NCBI GenBank assembly: GCA_004431415.1
Contig: QPMI01000226.1
Coordinates: 1-64,000, forward strand
Source: Cyanophora paradoxa CCMP329
Lineage: Eukaryota; Plantae; Glaucophyta
Direction of reading: 5' to 3'
Length of the DNA: 64,000 nucleotides
The notes beneath the pieces are model-generated. The model searched no databases. It was not told the origin of the DNA and saw only the letters and a list, made by a program, of their open reading frames with translations. Both the position numbers and the translations under genes were made by a program. Shown one piece after another: positions 1 through 9,499 of this stretch (the stretch's first letter is position 1; each line of letters opens with the position of its first letter).

Positions 1-49
1 CTGCGCGCGGACCTTGGCCTGCACGACGCCCGCCGCGTTCAGCACCTTG
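1..49 (+). pseudogene. Fragment of the N-terminal region of the UL9-like helicase gene (inverted copy, runs off the window)
   Basis: Exact reverse complement of ~1879-1927 (CARTLACTTPAAFSTL), fused at 49/50 to the minus-strand copy. Confidence 0.8.
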
Positions 50-2526
50 CTTCTCGATGTCCAGCTTAGCGAGAGACTCGCGGGACTGCCTCCAGGCCAG
101 CACCGTGCTCCACAGATCGACGGGCTCCAGCGCGCCCGCCTCCAGCACGCTCCTGATCTCGCGCAGCCGCTGCTCCTTCTCCTGCTTCGGTCCGCTCGGG
201 TTTTGATCCTCCGTGACTTGCACGTTCATCAGCGCGCAGGTCGACATCAGCCGCAGGCGCGCTGCCACTGCGAGGCGCCGAGTGGGCATGCCGGCGCGGC
301 GGCTCCCGCGGTGGCTAGCCTTCAGGTCCAGGTAGCGCTGCATGTCGTCCGAGCTCTCGTCGTCGTCGCTCTCACGCCAGTGCGCAGCCGCCGCGCCGAC
401 CGCAACCGAGGGCGTCCGGTTCTTGCGCACGGCGACGAGCAGGTGCTCCCGTCGGGCGTGCTGCGTTTGCGCAGCCTTCTGACTCGAAACAGCAGCTGCA
501 CGATGTCGTCCGCCTCCAGCTGCGCGGGCTCCGCCTGGAACACGCCGTAGACCTTGTCAAAGTGCGCGTCCGAAAAGTCCACGCCTGCCCCGAGCGCGGA
601 AGTTGCGATGAGCACGTCGCAGGCCTTGTACGCGCCCTCCTCAGACACATCGATCGACACGATGCGCACTGGGCCCTCGTTCGTGAAGCGCACGCTCTTC
701 TCCTTGGCCTGCCCAACGATGAGCCCGATCGTGAACGGTGCGCCGCTGCCGTCCTCGGGCCCTGCCTCGAGCTGAGTCACGTACTGAGCGCCGCCCAGGC
801 TGAGCTGCTCCAGCGCCTGCTTCGCAATCTTCTCCTGCAGCTCGATCGCCTTGGCCGGCGTCTCCGCGATGATCATGGCCCGCGAGCGCCCAGGTCGGCA
901 CTGCACCATGATGTCCGCCTCGACGTGCGCCGGGCTGTCTGACACGCGCATCTTCCAGTCGCAGGTGCGATGCGAGTTGTACAGGAGCCCCAGGCGCGCC
1001 CCGACCTCCTGCGCCGACTCTGCCAGGTACGCGAGATCGACCGACCGAACGAAGCCGTCCATCGCCACGATGCGCGATGCCTTCATCACGCCGCGCCATA
1101 GGCCCACGCAGCGCGCGTTTCGAGGCACTGACCGCATACCTAGGTGCAGGCCGGTGGGCTCGAGGGTGCCGCTCGAGGTGAGGTGCTTCGTGAGGGAGGA
1201 GAGCTCGTCCAGCACGACCAGTAGCGGCGCCGTCGACCAGCCCTCCCAGTCCTCGAGCACCTTGTGCAGCGAGTCCCATGTGATGACGACGCACCTGCAC
1301 TCCTCATGGCGGAAGCCCCACTTGCCATGCGATCCCTTTGAGCTCTCCGGTGGCTTCTTGATGTCCATGTAAAGCACGGCGTCCTTTGACAACTCCGCAG
1401 CATCAATGCGACGCTTGAGGTCGCGGGAGAAGGCCCGGCGGCAAGTCACGAGGATCACTCGCCAGCCGCCTGCGAGGGCCGGGTCCAGGTACGCATCGAT
1501 CAGCGCCTGCGTCTTCCCGTGTTGAGTCCCGAGCAGATGACGTCGACCTGCGGCTGAGCGGATCTCGGGTTCTGCTCCAGCGCCCCGAATGCGGAGGTAA
1601 GGATCTTGCACGAGAGGTGGCGTTCATCCACTGCATTGACGCAAGCCTCCAGGCCGTCGACTCGAGCGCGATCAGGAGGGAGGGGAGGGCAATGTCGAAG
1701 GCGACAGGCTGCGAGGGATCGGTCACATAGCGGGTCTGTGCCACGCTGCCCGACTCCCCTCCGGTCCCCTCCCCTCGAGCTCGACTTCAATACCGTGCGC
1801 CTGGATGGAGATTCGAGCCGCCGGCGCCCCGGCTGACTCCCGCCAGGACGAGGGTGATGGACCCGTCGGGCTCGACTCCAAGGTGCTGAACGCGGCGGGC
1901 GTCGTGCAGGCCAAGGTCCGCGCGCAGCTCTGCCCCGCCTTCCAGATCTCGTCCCTCACCGCCTTGTTCTTGCGCAGGCGGTCCAGGAGCCGCTCCAAGG
2001 CCGGCAGGCTTGGGCTCGAATCCAGGAGAGCGCCCGGCTCCGGGATGGGCTTAGCGCGGGGCGCCGAGCTTCTGGATGGAGTGGGGAGGAGCTCCGCTCG
2101 CGGCCCGGGCGCCGGCCCCCGCAGAACGTAGCCCCCGTGCCATCCACACCGAGCTCCAGGCCGCTCGAGCTCCCAAAGAACCATGCCATGAGATCGCAAG
2201 CCTCCGGGCTCTGTAGGACGTAGGCAGCCTTGAATCCATTATCCAAGGGGCGAGAGAAAGTGAAGCCTCCGAACTTGGTTGCAAAGGCGCAGGCTGCCGC
2301 GGTGCTCGTCTCATCCTCGGCACCCGAGAAGTGGCTGGGGTGATGCAGGGCGGGTGGAAGACGCAGAAAGCCGTCCCAGGGTCGGGCTGCAGGCCTTCTG
2401 GACTTCGACGAGAGGGAATCGAACGAAAAAGCTGCACTCCTGCTCGCTCAGATCTATCTGCTGTACCCGGCCGGGCATACGGGCCAGGAAGGCGTCGACG
2501 TCGAGAGACACGCGTCCGGTTGCCAT
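50..2526 (-). CDS. Origin-binding-protein (herpes UL9/NCLDV OBP-like) SF2 helicase, copy A; only copy with the N-terminus, 3'-truncated, several 1-bp frameshifts
   Basis: Motifs SGLNTGKT (Walker A, split by a 1-bp deletion near 1516), VILVTCRRAFS, VITWDSLHKV, LVVLDELSS (Walker B), IVAMDG, ATSALGAGVDFSDAHFD, DIVQLLFRVRRL parallel the UL9 helicase motifs. Likely start ATG at 2526. Confidence 0.8.
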
Positions 2527-2614
2527 GGTCGTCTCTCTATAGCTAGGCTTGGAAATTCTAGATCTACTAGGCTAGTCAACGTCTGTTGGCTAGCTATAGT
2601 CGACGTCTGGACTG

Positions 2615-2752
2615 CTGTCTCGACCTTCTGAGATATTAATTTAAAGATCTGGGAGGGTCGGGACAGGCTCTGGTCCGTCTGGATCCGGACTGCTCAGCGG
2701 CTGTCTCGACCTTCTGAGATATTAATTTAAAGATCTGGGAGGGTCGGGACAG
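2615..2752. repeat. Two copies (86-bp spacing) of the inverted-repeat/AT-core element upstream of the helicase start
   Basis: ctgtctcgaccttctgagatattaatttaaagatctgggagggtcgggacag at 2615-2666 and 2701-2752; reverse orientation of the array unit at 8555. Confidence 0.9.
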
Positions 2753-3895
2753 GCTTTGGTCCGACCTTAAGCGCTCAACTAGACCCGGTTGACACCGTCT
2801 TGATCTCTCCTTCTTGGCGCAGCGGACGATGTGACGCGCAGACCGTCGGCCCGGCGGACGGGGAGGCGCGCGCGTAGAACTTCGGAAGCGCTAGCCCCTT
2901 GCTTGACCGAAGCTTAGAAAGTTTTGAGCGCACGTGAATGCGACACGTGTAGAGAGAAGGCAGAGCGCGCCGGAGCTAGCTTGCGCGGCCGAGCGCTCGA
3001 CCGCCTTTGCTCCTAAGCTCAGAAAGTTTTGGGCTCACGCGGTTGCTCCACGTGTTTCGACTCAAAACACAGTACCCCAACCCGAAAAAAAGCGCCCGGG
3101 CAGCGCATCTCGCAGCGCCCGGGCCCAGCGCTCCTTGCAGCACTTGCCAGAGGCACTAGCTTGCATTCCGCTCAGCCCGGAGAGCCGCCGCCTCGCTCCT
3201 TTCGATTCGGAGGTGCGCCTCACTTCGCAACCTCTTTCTCCGCACCACGGCTAGCTCCGGACCTCAGATTTTGGGCGCTGGAAAGCTCTCTCGACGCCGC
3301 ACTCACGCCGCCACGCGCAGGGTCGCTCGCGCCGGCCGCGGACCTTCGAAAGCTCGATGGCGCCCGAGCCGGAGCACTCCGCCGCATCCCGCAGGTGCCA
3401 GCTCGCTCTCTTGCCGCTCTATCCCTTGCATTTAGCACCTAGAACATGCCCCGCAACCTCGCGCTCGATTCGCCCGCGTCCGCTGACATTTGGTCTCTGA
3501 GCAGGTGCCGAGATTGGCCGCCGCGCCTTCCGCAACTCGAGCCGACGTTCGCGGCGACTTGCGCACGCTTCTAGATCTCGTTCTCAAGCCCGCGCATCGA
3601 TTCGGCGGCTCCGGCTCGCCTCCCCGCGCCTCCAGCCCCGCGCCCCACACCCGTTCTTGTCCTAGCTAAGCCCTCCCTTGTCCGCGGCCAGTCGCGGGCT
3701 ACGCGCATCGCGGATAGCATCAGTGGAGCTACGTTTCAGCGCTGGACGCAGGCCCGCCCGCCCAATCCCTCCCACCTCCCGCTCGCAGCACGCTCACTGG
3801 GCCGCAGGCAGCTTCGCGGGGAGCCGCTGGATTCGAAGCCGCGCACCTTCCCGCCCGTCCCGACGTCGTACGCGCTAACGTCGCCCGCGCCGCAG

Positions 3896-4545
3896 GTGGC
3901 CGCCAGGCCTCCTGCATCCAGGCCTTCGAGCCGGCGTGGCTGCGGGCGCAGCGCCTCGGCTTCTGGCAGGAGACGGCCTCCTGTCCCCTCACCCGCTTCA
4001 TCATCGCCCACTGCGCCGTCGACCCCACCACCTACGTCGCCGCCCCGAACACGGAGGGCTACATGACGAGCGTCGCGGGCATCGTCGAGTACATCGCGCG
4101 CACGGAGGGCCCCGACACCTCCGCCGCCGTCGGCGCCGACATCGAGAACGGCCGGCTGGACGAGACCCTCGCCGGCTTCGGCTCCTGGTGCCGCCCCTAC
4201 TCCTACAAGCTCGGCGGCGTCTGGCAGACCTACATCCGCGGCATCGTCCCCAAGGCCCCGCTCTCCCTCGGCGAGAGCCAGCCGGCGCTGGAGGCGATCG
4301 CGATCCCCGTCGCCCAGTTCAAGGACCCGGCGCCCGACGTCGGGCCCTTCCTCGTCAAGCCCCACACCAAGGGCAAGGGCAAGCGCACCCGCAACTCGGC
4401 GCCGGCCTTCCTCCCGCCCCAGCCCCCGCCACGGCCCCCAGCAGCGCCCCGGCCAGCAGCGCATCGACGAGATGCTGCCGCGCCAGGTCCGGCCCCGCGT
4501 ACCCCCGCCTTCCCTCCGTACCCCCCTCCCCCGCCCCCCTCCTGA
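3896..4545 (+). CDS. Hypothetical protein exon; weakly resembles the C-terminal winged-helix region of D5/P4-alpha-type primase-helicases
   Basis: Acceptor gctaac...ccgcag at 3895, clean C-ending codon usage, pattern PLTRFIIAHCAVDP...L..FG....GG...YIRGI. Similarity judged by eye only. Confidence 0.35.
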
Positions 4546-5046
4546 TCCAAGGGCAGGGTACCCCGACGAACGGCGGCGCGGGCCCGAGCGGCTACGGGAG
4601 CTCGGCCTCCTCCGCGAGCGCCGACGGCCCCAGCCCCCTCCCCGGCCCCGGCGCCGTCCTCACCGCGATCCAGGGCTTCGGGGCCAGCAGGAGGCCGAGC
4701 GGCGGGCGCTGGCGGCGCGCCAGGCGCGCGAGGCGGAGGAGCGGCGCCAGGCCCTCTGGGCCCAGCGCCTGCAGGCCACCATCGCCTTCCGCGCCGAGCT
4801 GGACTCCGGCTTCCGCGCCGGCCAGATCGCCGGGGCGGAGGCCTCGGAGCGCTGGCGGGCGTTCGAGGCGGAGTCGGCGGGGCTGGCGAAGGCCTCGGCT
4901 ACAGCTACCGGCGCGTGCCCGTGCTCAAGGACTACGCGTCGGCCGCGGCGCGGGAGGCCTCGCGGGCGGAGATCGACGCGGCGGAGGAGCAGGCGGCGCG
5001 CGAGGAGGCCGAGGACAACGCGCGCTTCCGGCACCTGCACCACTGA
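4472..5046 (+). CDS. Hypothetical protein with Pro/Gly-rich N-terminus and coiled-coil C-terminus (frameshifted)
   Basis: Pieces in different frames (QQEAERRALAARQAREAEERRQALW...; AEIDAAEEQAAREEAEDNARFRHLHH*) join if homopolymer indels are assumed. Confidence 0.35.
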
Positions 5047-5094
5047 GGCCCCGAGGCGGTATTTTTCTCAACCCTCCCTCAATTCGGTCCCGCG

Positions 5095-5281
5095 ATGGCC
5101 TTCGAAGCTTATCCTGCCCACTACTCGCTAGGAGCGCTGGCCGCGACCCTCACCTGGCTCCTCGGCGGCACCCCACGGCCTCGGCGGTCATAGGCGTGGG
5201 CTTCGGCTACGCCGCCAAGTCCCTCTACGCCCCGGCGGCGCCTCGCAGGCGGCGGCCGGCATGCGCCCCGCCGGGCGCTAA
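5095..5281 (+). CDS. Small putative two-TM membrane protein (frameshifted)
   Basis: MAFEAYPAHYSLGALAATLTWLLGGT then, with one C restored, PTASAVIGVGFGYAAKSLY; end approximate. Confidence 0.4.
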
Positions 5282-5375
5282 CTTTTCAAAGTTCATTCTC
5301 CCCTCCCCTTTTCCGAGTTCCGAGTCCGTTGGCGTTCCCTTTTAAATTTTCTTCATTCTCGTTACACGTTCGAAG

Positions 5376-5854
5376 ATGTCGAGCGCGGTAGAGAAGCTGC
5401 TGTGCACCGTGTTCAAATCGGATTCGCGATGCAGCAAGATCGGCGAGGCGGCGAGGGCTAAGGGCGGGGCGGCGGCGGAGGGGCCCAGGGTGAAGGCGGC
5501 GGATCCCGCGCCGCCGTCGCTGAAAACGATCAAGGGGGCGGGCAAGGGCAGGAGCGTGGGGGCGCTGCCCTCGTGGCGATCGCGCCGGGGCAGAGGGAGG
5601 CGGCGCACGCGGCGACGGCGGCGCTGGCCGCGCGGCGCCAGGCGGAGGCCTACCCGTGCCTGGGCCGGGGGCTGCACCCGCCGGCCGACCGCCCCTACGC
5701 CGTGAGCGCCTACTTCGACGAGGCCAACCGGCTGAGCTGCCAGGAGCTGTGCGACAACCGCATGCGGCGCGCCGTGGACGGGCACCTGCCGCTGCTGGTG
5801 GCGCTGGGCGGCTCGCTCCTGATGGTCTGGTACCTGCGCGGCCTGGTCATTTAG
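5376..5854 (+). CDS. Small protein with C-terminal TM anchor (one frameshift near 5565)
   Basis: MSSAVEKLLCTVFK... joined to ...CQELCDNRMRRAVDGHLPLLVALGGSLLMVWYLRGLVI*; intronless. Confidence 0.5.
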
Positions 5855-5880
5855 ATAGTTTTTCGAAGTCTAGGTCAAAG

Positions 5881-6224
5881 ATGGGCTGGGTGGACGCCGT
5901 GCTGACCAAGGTCTTCGGACCGAAGAGCGCGCAGCCGCCGCCGAGCTTCAACCTGGCCGCGGCGATCAGCACGACGATCGAGCGCAAGAACAACGAGCTC
6001 ATCCTAAAGAACGACGGCAAGCTTCCCTGGGCCGACGTGGCCGCGGGCGCACTCGGCAGCACGCTGACGGGAATCGATCGGACGGGCGCCGCGGGCGTGA
6101 AGGTCGGGCAGGCGGTTGCGGCCGTGCCGGAGCTTGCGATGAAGGGCTGGCACTACGCCAAGATCGCCGCCGGCGTCGCCGCGGTGCTCCTTGCGATCTG
6201 GCTCGCGTGGCAAGCGCCGCCGTC
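5881..6224 (+). CDS. Small membrane protein (Met-Gly start, C-terminal TM), truncated by the helicase copy B junction
   Basis: MGWVDAVLTKVFGPK...KIAAGVAAVLLAIWLAWQ, then abrupt switch to helicase sequence at 6225. Confidence 0.55.
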
Positions 6225-8015
6225 GACGAGCTCTCCTCCCTCACGAAGCACCTCACCTCGAGCGGCACCCTCGAGCCCACCGGCCTGCACCTAGGTATGC
6301 GGTCAGTGCCTCGAAACGCGCGCTGCGTGGGCCTATGGCGCGGCGTGATGAAGGCATCGCGCATCGTGGCGATGGACGGCTTCGTTCGGTCGGTCGATCT
6401 CGCGTACCTGGCAGAGTCGGCGCAGGAGGTCGGGGCGCGCCTGGGGCTCCTGTACAACTCGCATCGCACCTGCGACTGGAAGATGCGCGTGTCAGACAGC
6501 CCGGCGCACGTCGAGGCGGACATCATGGTGCAGTGCCGACCTGGGCGCTCGCGGGCCATGATCATCGCGGAGACGCCGGCCAAGGCGATCGAGCTGCAGG
6601 AGAAGATTGCGAAGCAGGCGCTGGAGCAGCTCAGCCTGGGCGGCGCTCAGTACGTGACTCAGCTCGAGGCAGGGCCCGAGGACGGCAGCGGCGCACCGTT
6701 CACGATCGGGCTCATCGTTGGCAGGCCAAGGAGAAGAGCGTGCGCTTCACGAACGACGGCCCAGTGCGCATCGTGTCGATCGATGTGTCTGAGGAGGGCG
6801 CGTACAAGGCCTGCGACGTGCTCATCGCAACTTCCGCGCTCGGGGCAGGCGTGGACTTTTCGGACGCGCACTTTGACAAGGTCTACGGCGTGTTCCAGGC
6901 GGAGCCCGCGCAGCTGGAGGCGGACGACATCGTGCAGCTGCTGTTTCGAGTCAGAAGGCTGCGCAAACGCAGCACGCCCGACGGGGAGCACCTGCTCGTC
7001 GCCGTGCGCAAGAACCGGACGCCCTCGGTTGCGGTCGGCGCGGCGGCTGCGCACTGGCGTGAGAGCGACGACGACGAGAGCTCGGACGACATGCAGCGCT
7101 ACCTGGACCTGAAGGCTAGCCACCGCGGGAGCCGCCGCGCCGGCATGCCCACTCGGCGCCTCGCAGTGGCAGCGCGCCTGCGGCTGATGTCGACCTGCGC
7201 GCTGATGAACGTGCAAGTCACGGAGGATCAAAACCCGAGCGGACCGAAGCAGGAGAAGGAGCAGCGGCTGCGCGAGATCAGGAGCGTGCTGGAGGCGGGC
7301 GCGCTGGAGCCCGTCGATCTGTGGAGCACGGTGCTGGCCTGGAGGCAGTCCCGCGAGTCTCTCGCTAAGCTGGACATCGAGAAGGTTGCTTCGCTTGCTC
7401 GCACGTCGATCGCCGCGTTCCTGGCCAAGGATCCGAGCGAGCTGACCGAAGGAGACGTCGCCTGGATGTGGGATTCGTTCTACTCCATCCCGCTCACTGC
7501 CGTGGTCACGCTGGTGCTGAAGCATGGCGCGGACGTTGCCGAGATCGTGCCTACTGCTGAGCGCCTCAAGGTATCGAAGGTCGTCGCGCTGTTCAAGAAA
7601 CTCTTCGGCTGGCGGGGTATGGAAAGCTCGCGGGGCGTGCTCTGTGGTCGGACGAAGCCTACGCGGCCCTGGCGTCGCCGGAGGGTCGGGAGGCGTACGC
7701 GGCTCTGCAGAGTCTGGACGAGCGCGCGCCCCGCTTCGATGCAGCGGACGGTGAGAAGAAGCGGCTCTCGCAGCAGTCTTGGCAAGTCATCAAGTACCTG
7801 CTGGAGAAGTACCTCGGAGTGAGACGCGCTTTCTCCGACGCGGACGGAGGGCAAATGGGCAGCCGAAAGCGACGCTACATCACGTGGAGGAAGACATGCT
7901 CGACGACGCAGTAGAGCGCCAGGCTAAGCAGGCAAGGGCAGGCATGGCGCCAAGCTTCCCAGAGGTTTACAACGTTTTCTCCGACTGCTATGCTCTCATT
8001 CACAGGCGCGTGTGA
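6225..8015 (+). pseudogene. UL9/OBP-like helicase, copy B (starts at Walker B, retains C-terminus)
   Basis: Near-identical to 9890-11680 (offset ~3665); 1-bp deletions in G runs at ~6720, ~7632, ~7886. Confidence 0.85.
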
Positions 8016-8116
8016 TTGTCGGATGTCACAGTGTGGACTTCGCGAACGGGATGCGCGTGCCAGTGTGTAAATACGAACGTGCGAATTCAAGTGACGTCAT
8101 GCATATGATCAATGAA

Positions 8117-8888
8117 TGTCTCGACTTTTTGAGATATTAATTTAAAGATCTGGGAGGGTCGGGACATTGCGAGGGCGGACGAGAGTGAGGGCATGCACTC
8201 TCTATGTGTCCCGACCTTTTCTGAACAACTCATGATTGCCGTATCATCGATCTGCATTTACTCACTTCGTTCTCTGTCGCTTGCACATGCGCGGTGTGGG
8301 ATTACTAATTAGATCTAGTCTCCCTAGCCCTCTGCGGCCGCCTTCCTGCCCCCCTGCAAAGAGCAGCTCAACCAAATCCTGTGGGGTCTGATTCATTGCA
8401 GACTCGCCTTCCCCGCCTGGGCCTGAGCTACACCAAGCTACGGTGAGTCCGACCAAGAGACGTGTCCGGACCCTCCCTACTTTCTTTATAGATTATTGGA
8501 AAGGTCCGGACACTAGAGGAGGGAGGGCGTACATAAGTAGTCTGACCAAGAGACGTGTCCCGACCCTCCCAGATCTTTAAATTAATATCTGAGAGGGTCC
8601 GGACACTAGAGGAGGGCGTACATAAGTAGTCTGACCAAGAGACGTGTCCCGACCCTCCCAGATCTTTAAATTAATATCTGAGAGGGTCGAGACACTAGAG
8701 GAGGGCGTACATAAGTAGTCTGACCAAGAGACGTGTCCCGACCCTCCCAGATCTTTAAATTAATATCTGAGAGGGTCGAGACACTAGAGGAGGGCGTACA
8801 TAAGTAGTCTGACCAAGAGACGTGTCCCGACCCTCCCAGATCTTTAAATTAATATCTGAGAGGGTCGGGACACTAGAGGAGGGCGTAC
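8117..8888. repeat. Ori-like region 1: single hairpin 8117-8166, variant hairpin 8462-8513, four 89-bp tandem units with hairpins at 8555, 8644, 8733, 8822
   Basis: Unit contains GTGTCCCGACCCTC-C-CAGAT-CTTTAAATTAAT-ATCTG-A-GAGGGTCG(G/A)GACAC; period 89 bp (cactaga at 8604, 8693, 8782, 8871). Confidence 0.95.
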
Positions 8889-9499
8889 GACTTAAACTCG
8901 CGCAGCGCCGCCTGCTCCTCGCTGAGGTTCTCTGACTTCATTCGATCGCTGTAGGGCTCGGGCGGCGTACCCTCCTTGACGTGCATCCAAAACAGCTGTA
9001 AGCACCTCCTCATGAGCTTGATGTACCTCTCGTCCCGTCTGACGTACCACGTCTGCACGCGCAGAGGCGTGAAACAGAAAAGTTCGGCCCAGTCGCGGCC
9101 CGTTATGTCCAACAGGCCCTGAAGTTGTGGCATGTAATAGGTAGGAACGCTATCGTAAAGTTCGCCCTTGTAAGGGCATTTCACCTCTAAAATCCTATCA
9201 TTTCCTATCAGTCCGTCGGGGCTCCCGGCGAGGAACGGCATTTCTTTGTGTTCGTGCAGTCCAGTGTGTTGAATGTCCACGTTATCGTTCAGTGCCTTGT
9301 AGATAGAGACCGCGAGGGGCTCGTAGTCGTGCCCGTAGGTTAGGGCAGGGTTGTCAAAGTTGTTTTCCTCCGCTATCCCGCTTAGCTCCGCCCACAGGCG
9401 GGCCCTGGATTTCCAGGGGTTTATGCCGCACGCAGCCGCAAAATTAGATGCAGTTAGTTTTTCACGGCGCGCCGCGTGCCACGCTGCGCTCCCCTGTTG
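8873..9499 (-). pseudogene. YqaJ-like viral recombinase/lambda-exonuclease, 5'-truncated copy
   Basis: Collinear with 12448-13075 but lacks the first ~10 codons; motifs LAGSPDGLI, LEVKCP, YMPQLQ intact. Confidence 0.85.

Noticed and set aside
8511-8888. CRISPR array
   Set aside because: The linkers between palindromes are identical rather than unique spacers, there are no cas genes, and the context is eukaryotic.
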